32,000 nucleotides of DNA, from contig JAVXHR010000016.1 in assembly GCA_036656795.1 (NCBI GenBank), positions 1-32,000 of the forward strand. The letters run 5' to 3'. The translations under genes were made by a program, and so were the position numbers. Below the pieces are notes generated by a model. The model saw only the letters and a program-made list of their open reading frames with translations. It was not told the DNA's origin and ran no database searches. Source of the stretch: Lachnospiraceae bacterium (GTDB lineage: Bacteria; Bacillota; Clostridia; Lachnospirales; Lachnospiraceae). This document shows, one piece after another, positions 1 to 7,149 of this stretch (its first letter is position 1; each line of letters starts with the position of its first letter).

Positions 1-87
1 ATTTCCTTGCAGCATCTGATGTACCGTAATATTCTTCATCTTTTCTGCTGCTACTTTTACCAATTCACTAAATTCGATTTCGTCCAT
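1..87 (-). CDS. hypothetical protein, N-terminal fragment running off the left edge
   Basis: ATG at 87-85 is preceded by GGGGGAA (97-91). The frame stays open to position 1 (MDEIEFSELVKVAAEKMKNITVHQMLQGN...). It starts 9 nt after the stop of the 97..285 ORF, which suggests a two-gene operon. No family recognised. Confidence 0.35.
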   Translation of the reverse strand, partial: MDEIEFSELVKVAAEKMKNITVHQMLQGN

Positions 88-96
88 TTATTCCCC

Positions 97-285
97 CTAA
101 GCCACTTCCTTTACTTTCAGTTTCTTAATGGGTGCGTTTGTTACCTTAAAGATAAGTTCATCAACACAATCTGTATATCTGCCTTGCCCTATAAGCTGAT
201 TTTTCAGTTCCACAAGGCTATGTAACAGAATTGTCCTTTCGTGGTTATCCAGATATGTATGGTATTTTTTCTCTCTCATCATCAT
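97..285 (-). CDS. small hypothetical protein (60-62 aa)
   Basis: ORF from the track with three consecutive ATGs (285, 282, 279). GGAGG at 292-288 is only 2 nt from the first ATG but 8 nt from the third, so 279 is the more likely start. Stop TAG at 99-97. No family recognised by eye. Confidence 0.45.
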   Translation of the reverse strand: MMMREKKYHTYLDNHERTILLHSLVELKNQLIGQGRYTDCVDELIFKVTNAPIKKLKVKEVA

Positions 286-304
286 GACCTCCGTTTTTTA
301 TTTC

Positions 305-333
305 ATTATATGCAGGAGCGGAAAGATACTCAA
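305..333 (-). promoter_or_regulatory. sigma-A-type promoter candidate for the small two-gene operon
   Basis: Minus strand reads TTGAGT (333-328), 17 nt spacer, TATAAT (310-305), about 20 nt upstream of the ATG cluster. Confidence 0.4.
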
Positions 334-400
334 AGGTGCAATAATTGGGAGTAAAACAAATAAGATAACGGGGCATTGAACAAGGAACAATCGCCTATTC

Positions 401-459
401 AATTAGCAGGATTTTTAGCAGCTTTTTTCGGCAAATTAGCAGGAAACGCTCCTGCTAAT
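401..459. repeat. TTAGCAGGA repeat array including a 10-bp-arm palindrome
   Basis: AATTAGCAGGA occurs at 401-411 and 434-444. A partial TTAGCAG is at 415-421 and an inverted copy TCCTGCTAAT at 450-459. Positions 435-459 read ATTAGCAGGA-aacgc-TCCTGCTAAT. Confidence 0.8.
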
Positions 460-502
460 CGCTGTTTGTTACAAGTTCAATTTTGTTAAGGAAATAAGAA
501 AA

Positions 503-533
503 GCCGAAAACCTTGGTTTTATAGGTTTTCGGC
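503..533 (-). terminator. intrinsic terminator downstream of tRNA-Arg
   Basis: GCCGAAAACC (503-512) pairs with GGTTTTCGGC (524-533). On the minus strand the hairpin starts 8 nt after the tRNA 3' end and is followed by TTTTCTTATTTCC. Confidence 0.7.
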
Positions 534-541
534 ATTATTTG

Positions 542-618
542 TGGCGTTCCTGAGCGGATTCGAACCGCTGGCCTTCCGCTTAGGAGGCGGACGCTCTATC
601 CTGCTGAGCTACAGAAAC
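542..618 (-). tRNA. tRNA-Arg (anticodon CCT)
   Basis: The reverse complement folds as a 77-nt cloverleaf. Acceptor stem is GTTTCTG/CAGGAAC with one G-U pair; D arm is GCTC-AGCAGGATA-GAGC. Anticodon arm is TCCGC-CTCCTAA-GCGGA (anticodon CCT) and the variable loop is AGGCC. T arm is AGCGG-TTCGAAT-CCGCT, the discriminator is G, and CCA is encoded. Confidence 0.93.
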
Positions 619-638
619 ATTCAAAAAATCTATGTTTA

Positions 639-667
639 ATTTTACTTGCAAACCACGTTCTTGTCAA
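639..667 (-). promoter_or_regulatory. sigma-A-type promoter for tRNA-Arg
   Basis: Minus strand reads TTGACA (667-662), 17 nt spacer, TAAAAT (644-639), about 20 nt upstream of tRNA position 1. Confidence 0.55.
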
Positions 668-692
668 TCCCTTATGGGTTATTACTGTTCTT

Positions 693-1568
693 TTAAAAGT
701 TAATATATCCCTGTAACCAAATATTCCCTTTAAAACGTCTTCCTATCTGTGGCTCCCCTAGCAGCTCATTCACCGGAACACATACATCTAATTCCAATTC
801 ATTCACATCTAATGTCATCATATATAATTGTTCATTTGTAATTTGATTCTTACTTTTATGAATCTTTAAAATCTCGCCCAGTATAGAATATTGATCACAC
901 TCTACTCCATAAGGCATAAAATACGTATCTACAATACTAAACACATCTTCTGTAATTAAACGTTCTGACACTTGTGCATAGGTATCAATATCTTCCAATG
1001 TAAGAATTTCGATTGCCGCTTGATCACCATCTTTGGCTGCACTTAATAACATCATTCGATTTCGAGATTCTTCTCTTCTTGTCTTTACCTGTTCCTCGTT
1101 TTTCTGAACAGGAAATAGTATCATGCCTGACAATGCCATACCGGAGAGCATCACAGATGTAGATGATTTCGGTAACTGTCCCAACTGTTTCTCTCGCATA
1201 TACTCAATCCCATTTTGCAGGTGAAAAATCAGACTTACCCCTACCTTAACATCTTCACATGTTCCAACGTATTCTTCTCTGTCAATACGCCTATCTACAA
1301 TAATATCTCCATACGACGACACTACCGTTCCTCTAAAATAAGGGATATAATACTCACATTCAAACTGTTCGTATTCATCGGTTTCTCCATATACACTAAT
1401 TCCTATATTCTCTCCATACTCTTTTCTATATTCACAGAAATCAATATTCTGCTCTAAGGAAACAAGTTCGTGGTGAGAAAATGTATCTCTGACTTCTTGC
1501 ACTATTTTTTTGATTTCTCTCTTTGTTTTTATAGTTGAAAAACCAATTGCCTTGATATATTGATGCAC
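693..1568 (-). CDS. conserved hypothetical protein, DUF3881-like (function unknown)
   Basis: 291-codon ORF with a GTG start (1568-1566) and AGGAG about 10 nt upstream, lying 50 nt downstream of serS on the same strand. The N-terminus MHQYIKAIGF and a length near 290 aa match my memory of the uncharacterised DUF3881 family of Clostridia. That assignment is from memory, not from a search. Confidence 0.75.
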   Translation of the reverse strand: MHQYIKAIGFSTIKTKREIKKIVQEVRDTFSHHELVSLEQNIDFCEYRKEYGENIGISVYGETDEYEQFECEYYIPYFRGTVVSSYGDIIVDRRIDREEYVGTCEDVKVGVSLIFHLQNGIEYMREKQLGQLPKSSTSVMLSGMALSGMILFPVQKNEEQVKTRREESRNRMMLLSAAKDGDQAAIEILTLEDIDTYAQVSERLITEDVFSIVDTYFMPYGVECDQYSILGEILKIHKSKNQITNEQLYMMTLDVNELELDVCVPVNELLGEPQIGRRFKGNIWLQGYINF

Positions 1569-1618
1569 TTTTTCGCCACTCCTATATTTCTTATTGCCCG
1601 TTATTATTTCCTTGAAAA

Positions 1619-2902
1619 CTATTTTATTTCTATTTTTTCTTTTGCTCCCATATATGGACGCAATGCAACCGGTATCTTTACACTTCCATCAGACTGCAAA
1701 TTATTCTCTAAAAATGCAATCAGCATTCTTGGTGGTGCTACAACTGTATTGTTCAATGTATGCGCAAAATACTTGCCATCATTCCCATTTACACGTATTT
1801 TCAAACGTCGTGCCTGAGCGTCTCCTAAGTTAGAACAACTACCTACTTCAAAATATTTTTTTTGTCTTGGTGACCAAGCTTCCACATCAACTGACTTTAC
1901 TTTTAGGTCAGCTAAATCTCCGGAACAACACTCTAAGGTTCGAACCGGTATATCTAAAGATCGAAATAAATCTACAGTATGCTTCCACATTTTATTATAC
2001 CATTCCATACTCTCTTCCGGTTTACATACTACAATCATTTCCTGTTTTTCAAATTGATGAATACGATACACTCCACGTTCTTCTATTCCATGTGCTCCTT
2101 TTTCCTTTCTAAAGCATGGGGAATAGCTTGTTAAAGTCTGTGGTAACTCTTCTTCTCTAAGCGTTGTATCGATGAATTTTCCAATCATAGAATGCTCACT
2201 TGTTCCAATAAGATAAAGATCTTCACCCTCGATTTTATACATCATTGAATCCATTTCAGCAAAACTCATAACGCCTGTAACTACGTCGCTGCGAATCATA
2301 TATGGTGGAATACAGTACGTAAACCCTTTATCAATCATAAAATCACGTGCATAAGAAATCACGGCTGAATGTAGTCTTGCAATATCTCCCATAAGATAGT
2401 AGAATCCATTTCCGGCAACTCGTCTTGCACTATCAAGGTCTATTCCTTGAAATTTCTCCATGATTTCTGCATGATATGGAACTTCAAACTCCGGTACAAC
2501 AGGTTCTCCATATCTCTCAACTTCCACATTCTCACTATCGTCTTTGCCAATTGGAACTGAAGGATCAATAATATTGGGAATTGTCATCATAATTTTTTTG
2601 ATTTCTTCTTCCACTTCACGTTCTTTTGCAGAAAGTGCTTCTATCCTATCCGCCTGTGTCTCTACTTGATTTTTTAATTCTTGCGCTTCCTCTTTTTTTC
2701 CTTGTGCCATAAGTGTTCCTATCTGCTTAGAGATCTTATTCTTATCAGCTCTTAGAACTTCTACTTCTTGCTTAATATTTCTATTTTCCTGGTCAAATTC
2801 CAACACTTTATCCACCAATGGAAGTTTTGCTTCTTGAAATTTGTTTTTAATATTTGTACGTACTACCTCCGGATTTGCTCTTACAAATTTAATATCTAAC
2901 AT
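1619..2902 (-). CDS. serS: seryl-tRNA synthetase
   Basis: 427 aa with an N-terminal coiled-coil arm. Class II motifs are present: YSPCFRKEKGAHG (motif 2) and GSCSNLGDAQARRL / NNTVVAPPR (motif 3 region). RBS GGAGG precedes the ATG at 2902. Confidence 0.97.
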   Translation of the reverse strand: MLDIKFVRANPEVVRTNIKNKFQEAKLPLVDKVLEFDQENRNIKQEVEVLRADKNKISKQIGTLMAQGKKEEAQELKNQVETQADRIEALSAKEREVEEEIKKIMMTIPNIIDPSVPIGKDDSENVEVERYGEPVVPEFEVPYHAEIMEKFQGIDLDSARRVAGNGFYYLMGDIARLHSAVISYARDFMIDKGFTYCIPPYMIRSDVVTGVMSFAEMDSMMYKIEGEDLYLIGTSEHSMIGKFIDTTLREEELPQTLTSYSPCFRKEKGAHGIEERGVYRIHQFEKQEMIVVCKPEESMEWYNKMWKHTVDLFRSLDIPVRTLECCSGDLADLKVKSVDVEAWSPRQKKYFEVGSCSNLGDAQARRLKIRVNGNDGKYFAHTLNNTVVAPPRMLIAFLENNLQSDGSVKIPVALRPYMGAKEKIEIK

Positions 2903-2915
2903 AGATACCTCCTCT

Positions 2916-2945
2916 ATTATTTATGCTTCTATTATTTATGCTTCT
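2916..2945. repeat. perfect 15-bp tandem duplication in the DUF4446-serS spacer
   Basis: ATTATTTATGCTTCT occurs at 2916-2930 and again at 2931-2945. This lies between the DUF4446 stop (2950) and the serS RBS and ATG (2902). Confidence 0.9.
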
Positions 2946-2949
2946 AATT

Positions 2950-3480
2950 TTATAATCCTTTAATATCTAATCCATATGCTTCTTGATAGATTGCTCTTTC
3001 TAGTGATTCTGCCTCTTCTTCTGCCAATTCAATATAGCTTTCCCCTTTTACAATTTCCTTAACATACGTATAACACCCCTCACGACTATGCATAGAATTA
3101 ATTATCCAGCCATTGCTATTTCCATCTAATAAAGTTAATGCAAAACTTAGCTTTCCACCCATTTCATTAAATGCATCATATTTTACAATACCTACTTTTT
3201 GATAATCGTTCTCAATTTTTCGATATATTTCTTTAATATCTTGTCTATTTTGTTTTGCTAATTCTGTTATAGCATCGACTTCATTAAACTTATCAATAAT
3301 ACTTTCCTCTAAGTTTTTGCCATCTCCACCTCTCATAAATGATGCATAACTAGATTTCAATCGATTATATTTCATACTAACACTAATATACAATACAAAC
3401 AATAGAATAATTAACAATCCTAATCCAATCAGAATATACGCTGGATCAATTCCTATCTTTTCCAATAAATTACTTTTCAT
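2950..3480 (-). CDS. DUF4446-family membrane protein (uncharacterised ParB-operon partner)
   Basis: 176 aa with one N-terminal TM segment (AYILIGLGLLIILLFVLYISV). The C-terminal block VGIVKYDAFNEMGGKLSFALTLLD..GWIINSMHSREG is typical of DUF4446 as I recall it. It starts 3 nt after the parB stop. Confidence 0.8.
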   Translation of the reverse strand: MKSNLLEKIGIDPAYILIGLGLLIILLFVLYISVSMKYNRLKSSYASFMRGGDGKNLEESIIDKFNEVDAITELAKQNRQDIKEIYRKIENDYQKVGIVKYDAFNEMGGKLSFALTLLDGNSNGWIINSMHSREGCYTYVKEIVKGESYIELAEEEAESLERAIYQEAYGLDIKGL

Positions 3481-3483
3481 ATA

Positions 3484-4425
3484 TTAAACCTCTTCTCTAA
3501 TCGTCATTATTAAATCGAATATACGTTCGAGTTCTTCCTCTGAATAATACTCTATCTCAATCTTCCCTTTTCCTTTGCTCTTCTGACTAACATACACCTT
3601 TGTTCCTATTCTTGTCTTTAATTTTTCTTCTATATCTTTATATATAAAATCATCTTCTATAATTTTCTTTTCTTGCACTTTTTTTGGATTTTTCAAATTT
3701 CTTATTAATTTTTCTGTTTCTCTAACACTTAACTTTTCATCAAATATTTGCGTTGCCAACAAATATTGTTGCTTTTCATCATCTAGTGCTAACAGCGCAC
3801 GTGCATGACCTGTAGATATCATATCATCTACTATCATTTGTTGTACTTTATCATTGAGCTTTAGTAATCTCATTGAATTTGTAACAGCTGTTCTGCTTTT
3901 TGATACCCGCTCTGCTACTTCATCTTGTTTCAGTGAAAATTCCGTAAGTAGTTTTTTAAATGCCATCGCTTCTTCTATTGGATTCAAGTTTTCCCTTTGT
4001 ATATTTTCAATCAAAGAAATTTCAACTACTTCTTGCTCTGTATAATCTCTAATCATTACAGGAATTTCTTTAAGTCCTGCTAGTTTGGCGGCTCTCCAAC
4101 GTCTTTCTCCAGCTATAATTTCATAATAATCTTTTCTTTTTTGAACTAAAAGTGGTTGCAATATTCCAAATTGTCTTATGGAATCTGCCAATTCCAGCAA
4201 TGTATCTTCTTCAAATGTTCTTCTTGGCTGTTCTCTATTAGGTTCCACCTTGTTTATTTTTACAACTTGTTCTCCCATTCCAGATAATTCTTCTGATTTG
4301 TTTTCATCTTTCAAATCATGTTCCTGTTTTGTACTTGTTCCAACCTTTTCTACTGTTTTAGTGTTTTTATTATCTGGAATAAGACTATCCAGTCCTTTTC
4401 CCAACCCTCCACGTTTTATTGCCAT
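3484..4425 (-). CDS. parB: chromosome partitioning protein ParB/Spo0J
   Basis: 313 aa with the ParB box GERRWRAAKLAG, an HTH region (SLKQDEVAERVSKSRTAVTNSMRLL) and a C-terminal dimerisation segment. It overlaps the parA stop by 10 nt. Confidence 0.95.
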   Translation of the reverse strand: MAIKRGGLGKGLDSLIPDNKNTKTVEKVGTSTKQEHDLKDENKSEELSGMGEQVVKINKVEPNREQPRRTFEEDTLLELADSIRQFGILQPLLVQKRKDYYEIIAGERRWRAAKLAGLKEIPVMIRDYTEQEVVEISLIENIQRENLNPIEEAMAFKKLLTEFSLKQDEVAERVSKSRTAVTNSMRLLKLNDKVQQMIVDDMISTGHARALLALDDEKQQYLLATQIFDEKLSVRETEKLIRNLKNPKKVQEKKIIEDDFIYKDIEEKLKTRIGTKVYVSQKSKGKGKIEIEYYSEEELERIFDLIMTIREEV

Positions 4426-5192
4426 TCTTCTTCTCCTTTGTGAATCACTTCTTCTGCTAGTAACATATAGCTTTCTGCTCCTGCCGACTTTGAATCATAT
4501 AAATGTATTGGCATTCCATGACTTGGAGCCTCCGCCAGCCGAATATTCCGTGGTATAATTGTCTTGTATATTGTTTGAGCGAGATTGTCTTTCACGTTTT
4601 CCACTACTTGTAGTGATAAATTAGTTCTTGCATCATACATAGTAAATACGACGCCTTCCATCTCGAGTTTTGAATTCAATCGTTCCTTTACTAACTCTAT
4701 TGTATGGATCAGTTGGCTCAGCCCTTCAAGTGCATAGTATTCACACTGGATTGGAACAAGTACTGTGTCAGCTGTCGTCATTGCATTAATTGTTAGCATA
4801 CTTAGTGATGGTGGGCAATCAATAATAATAAAATCATAATTATCTCTGATTTTTTCTACTTCATCTCTAATAATATACTCTTTATTTTCAACGTCTACTA
4901 ATTCAATTTCTGCCGCTGATAAATCAATTGTTGTTGGTAATACATCTAAGTTTTCCAATGCATCTTTACAAATCACTTCATTAATGTCAATTTCTCCCAA
5001 TATTAAATCATATACTGTATTTTCAAGTTCTTCTTTATTTAATCCCAGTCCGCTCGTCATATTTCCTTGTGGATCCATGTCAATAGCAAGTACTTTCTTT
5101 CCCTTGGATCCCAGGCATGCCGATAAGTTGATCGCAGTTGTTGTTTTCCCGACTCCACCCTTTTGGTTTGCAACGGCTATAATTCTTCCCAT
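4416..5192 (-). CDS. parA: chromosome partitioning ATPase ParA/Soj
   Basis: 258 aa with the deviant Walker A NQKGGVGKTTT, plus IIIDCPPS and the VLVPIQCEYYALEG motifs. RBS AAAGGTGA is upstream. Confidence 0.95.
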   Translation of the reverse strand: MGRIIAVANQKGGVGKTTTAINLSACLGSKGKKVLAIDMDPQGNMTSGLGLNKEELENTVYDLILGEIDINEVICKDALENLDVLPTTIDLSAAEIELVDVENKEYIIRDEVEKIRDNYDFIIIDCPPSLSMLTINAMTTADTVLVPIQCEYYALEGLSQLIHTIELVKERLNSKLEMEGVVFTMYDARTNLSLQVVENVKDNLAQTIYKTIIPRNIRLAEAPSHGMPIHLYDSKSAGAESYMLLAEEVIHKGEEEWQ

Positions 5193-5222
5193 TTGTATTC
5201 ACCTTTCTTTCTCATGTTATTA

Positions 5223-5231
5223 ATTATACCA
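5223..5231 (-). promoter_or_regulatory. extended -10 element (TGgTATAAT) of a candidate parAB promoter
   Basis: Minus strand reads TGGTATAAT (5231-5223), 30 nt upstream of the parA ATG. The -35 region is poor. The proximal parS lies about 25 bp further upstream. Confidence 0.4.
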
Positions 5232-5256
5232 CCTTTTTCTTCTTTAATCCACCAAA

Positions 5257-5272
5257 TGTTTCACGTGAAACA
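5257..5272. promoter_or_regulatory. parS centromere-like site (perfect consensus)
   Basis: TGTTTCACGTGAAACA matches the Firmicutes parS consensus TGTTNCACGTGAAACA at every position and is a perfect 16-bp palindrome. Confidence 0.9.
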
Positions 5273-5292
5273 TTTTATTTTTTTCTTTTCAA

Positions 5293-5308
5293 TGTTTCAC
5301 GTGAAACA
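5293..5308. promoter_or_regulatory. parS centromere-like site (perfect consensus), second copy
   Basis: Identical TGTTTCACGTGAAACA. The shared repeat is 22 bp (AATGTTTCACGTGAAACATTTT at 5255-5276 and 5291-5312), with centres 36 bp apart. Confidence 0.9.
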
Positions 5309-5396
5309 TTTTCAACCAAAGTTTTAAATTTCTTTTCATATTGTCACTATTGTAGTATAATAGTATTAATGAATATGTGCAGAAAGTAGGTGTCTT

Positions 5397-6353
5397 ATGA
5401 AGGTAATAGAAAAGCTTAAAAGAAGTGCTGTTTTTTTATTTTTATTTTCTCTAATGATGTTTTTGTTTAATAAAATTGTTTATTTTTTAGCTACAGTGGA
5501 TAACTTATTGTTTCATCCAAAGGAACACTATTATAACTGGCAATATGGGGATGTCTTCTATACAAAACAAGGTAATGGGGATGCTTTACTTCTAATACAC
5601 GATTTGTCTCCTTCTGGATCGGCATGTGAATGGAATAATGTAATCGATTCATTATCTTCTACTCACACCGTATATACTCTTGATTTACTTGGGTGTGGGC
5701 GCTCTTCCAAACCATCTATTACTTATACGAATTACTTTTTTGTACAGTTAATAGATGATTTTATTAAAAATGTTATTTGTAATCCTGTGGACTTAGTCGT
5801 TTCTGGAAGTAGCTCAGAGATTGGGATTATGGCATCTCGAAATGATGATACTATGTTGCGAAAATTAATTCTTATTAATCCAAAAGATTTGGTTTCTTCC
5901 ACAAAGATACCAACTATATTTTCAAAGATCAAAAAACATATTATCTGTTGCCCTATTATTGGTACCTTTATATATAATATATTATCTTCACAAAAGGTTT
6001 TAGAAAAGCAATTTATGTTGCACTATTTCTATAATCCAGCAGATATAAGTCAACTCTATATTCGTACTTGTTATGAAAGTTCTCATACCAATAATAATAG
6101 GGGAAAATATCTATATGCCAGTATTGTTGGTCGATATACCACGGTAAGCACATTGCAAGCTCTAGAGGACAGTAATACTCCAATATTTATTTTGATTGGA
6201 TCTTGTGACCCATTATATCGATTAATTGCTGACCAATATGTAACTTATAATTCTTCTGTTGAGATTCTTACAATTGAAAATGCGAAGTTTCTTCCTCAGA
6301 TAGAAAACCCAGCGGAATTTACTTCTATTATAGATATACTCTGTGAGGGATAA
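5397..6353 (+). CDS. membrane-anchored alpha/beta-hydrolase-fold protein, apparently lacking the catalytic His
   Basis: An N-terminal hydrophobic segment (AVFLFLFSLMMFLFNKIVYFLA) is followed by alpha/beta-fold landmarks. These are LLLIHD (the usual HG reads HD), DLLGCGRSSKP, the nucleophile elbow VVSGSSSE (S138) and GSCDP (acid). The canonical GH position reads KF (F298, codon 6288-6290), and there is no His in the last ~60 residues. Confidence 0.8.
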   Translation: MKVIEKLKRSAVFLFLFSLMMFLFNKIVYFLATVDNLLFHPKEHYYNWQYGDVFYTKQGNGDALLLIHDLSPSGSACEWNNVIDSLSSTHTVYTLDLLGCGRSSKPSITYTNYFFVQLIDDFIKNVICNPVDLVVSGSSSEIGIMASRNDDTMLRKLILINPKDLVSSTKIPTIFSKIKKHIICCPIIGTFIYNILSSQKVLEKQFMLHYFYNPADISQLYIRTCYESSHTNNNRGKYLYASIVGRYTTVSTLQALEDSNTPIFILIGSCDPLYRLIADQYVTYNSSVEILTIENAKFLPQIENPAEFTSIIDILCEG

Positions 6354-6389
6354 GCATCTTTAAATAATAATTTCTATTAAATCTAATAT

Positions 6390-6418
6390 AAAAGAGCCAC
6401 TATAGTAGTGGCTCTTTT
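6390..6418. terminator. bidirectional intrinsic terminator shared by the hydrolase-like gene and rsmG
   Basis: AAAGAGCCACTA (6391-6402) pairs with TAGTGGCTCTTT (6406-6417) around a 3-nt loop, with A and T runs on both sides. The left arm contains the rsmG stop codon (6402-6400). Confidence 0.7.
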
Positions 6419-7113
6419 GCAGGCAGTCCGGACTTTCTTGGATATTTTTTTCCTGTTTTTTTGATTTTCTTTATTTTGATAAATGATCTTGCAATATCTG
6501 AACTTGGCAATGTGAATTTTATTATTTCTGTTAATTCTCCGCCTAACATACCAATCGCCTTTTTGGATTCACTCACTTCTGCATCAATCTCACCTGCTTT
6601 ATAAGAAACAAAGAAACCCCCTACCTTGATATATGGTATGCAATATTCTGTTAATGTAGCAAGATGTGCAACTGCACGAGACACACATAAATCAAATGAT
6701 TCTCTATACTTTTTTTCTTTAGCATAATCTTCTGCCCGTCCATGTATTGCAGTAATTCCCTTAAGTTGTAGCTTACTTATTATATCATCTAAGAATTTGA
6801 CTCGTTTGTTTAAAGAATCTAATAAAACAACTTCTAATTCAGGAAAAACAATCTTAAGTGGTATTCCTGGAAACCCTGCTCCTGTTCCTACATCTATCAA
6901 CGAATTAATCGTACTCATATCTATCGCATTTACAAGAGATAAACTATCAATAAAATGCTTTTCCTGCACTTCTTGATATTCTGTAATTCCTGTCAAGTTC
7001 ATGACTTGATTCCATTCAATTAACAATTTATAGTATACATCAAATTGTTCTTTTTGTTTTTCTGACAAAATAATATCTAGTTTTGCTAATTTATTTTCAA
7101 ATGTTTGACCCAT
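6400..7113 (-). CDS. rsmG: 16S rRNA (guanine527-N7)-methyltransferase RsmG (GidB)
   Basis: 237 aa with the SAM-binding motif DVGTGAGFPGIPLKI and the typical VSRAVA and GG..V.YKG blocks. Synteny with mnmG supports the call. Confidence 0.95.
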   Translation of the reverse strand: MGQTFENKLAKLDIILSEKQKEQFDVYYKLLIEWNQVMNLTGITEYQEVQEKHFIDSLSLVNAIDMSTINSLIDVGTGAGFPGIPLKIVFPELEVVLLDSLNKRVKFLDDIISKLQLKGITAIHGRAEDYAKEKKYRESFDLCVSRAVAHLATLTEYCIPYIKVGGFFVSYKAGEIDAEVSESKKAIGMLGGELTEIIKFTLPSSDIARSFIKIKKIKKTGKKYPRKSGLPAKEPLL

Positions 7114-7149
7114 TCATATACTCCTCATCTTAATGGTAAATCGGTTATT

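Noticed and set aside
7-225. 72-aa plus-strand ORF at the left edge
   Set aside because: It has a TTG start with no RBS and an F/L/C/Y-rich low-complexity translation. It lies antisense to two better-supported minus-strand ORFs that have RBSs. It is most likely an artefact of A/T-rich antisense frames.
310-354. Tiny ORFs in the 286-541 spacer: 14 aa on the plus strand at 310-354, and about 44 aa on the minus strand starting at 376
   Set aside because: Neither has an RBS. The minus-strand ORF runs through the predicted promoter and out of frame into the 97..285 gene. There is no supporting signal.
450-459. TCCTGCT shared between the repeat array and the tRNA D-arm region (594-607), considered as a possible att-type repeat
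   Set aside because: Only 7 nt are shared, and they correspond to the 5' half of the tRNA rather than its 3' end. That is too short and in the wrong part of the tRNA for an integration-site duplication.
3793-3808. Additional CACGTG cores as possible parS sites, here inside parB and also at 12858-12873 (rnpA) and 22779-22794 (ileS)
   Set aside because: Each matches the 16-bp parS consensus only at the central hexamer plus a few flanking bases, with at least 4 mismatches. Only the two sites at 5257-5272 and 5293-5308 are credible.
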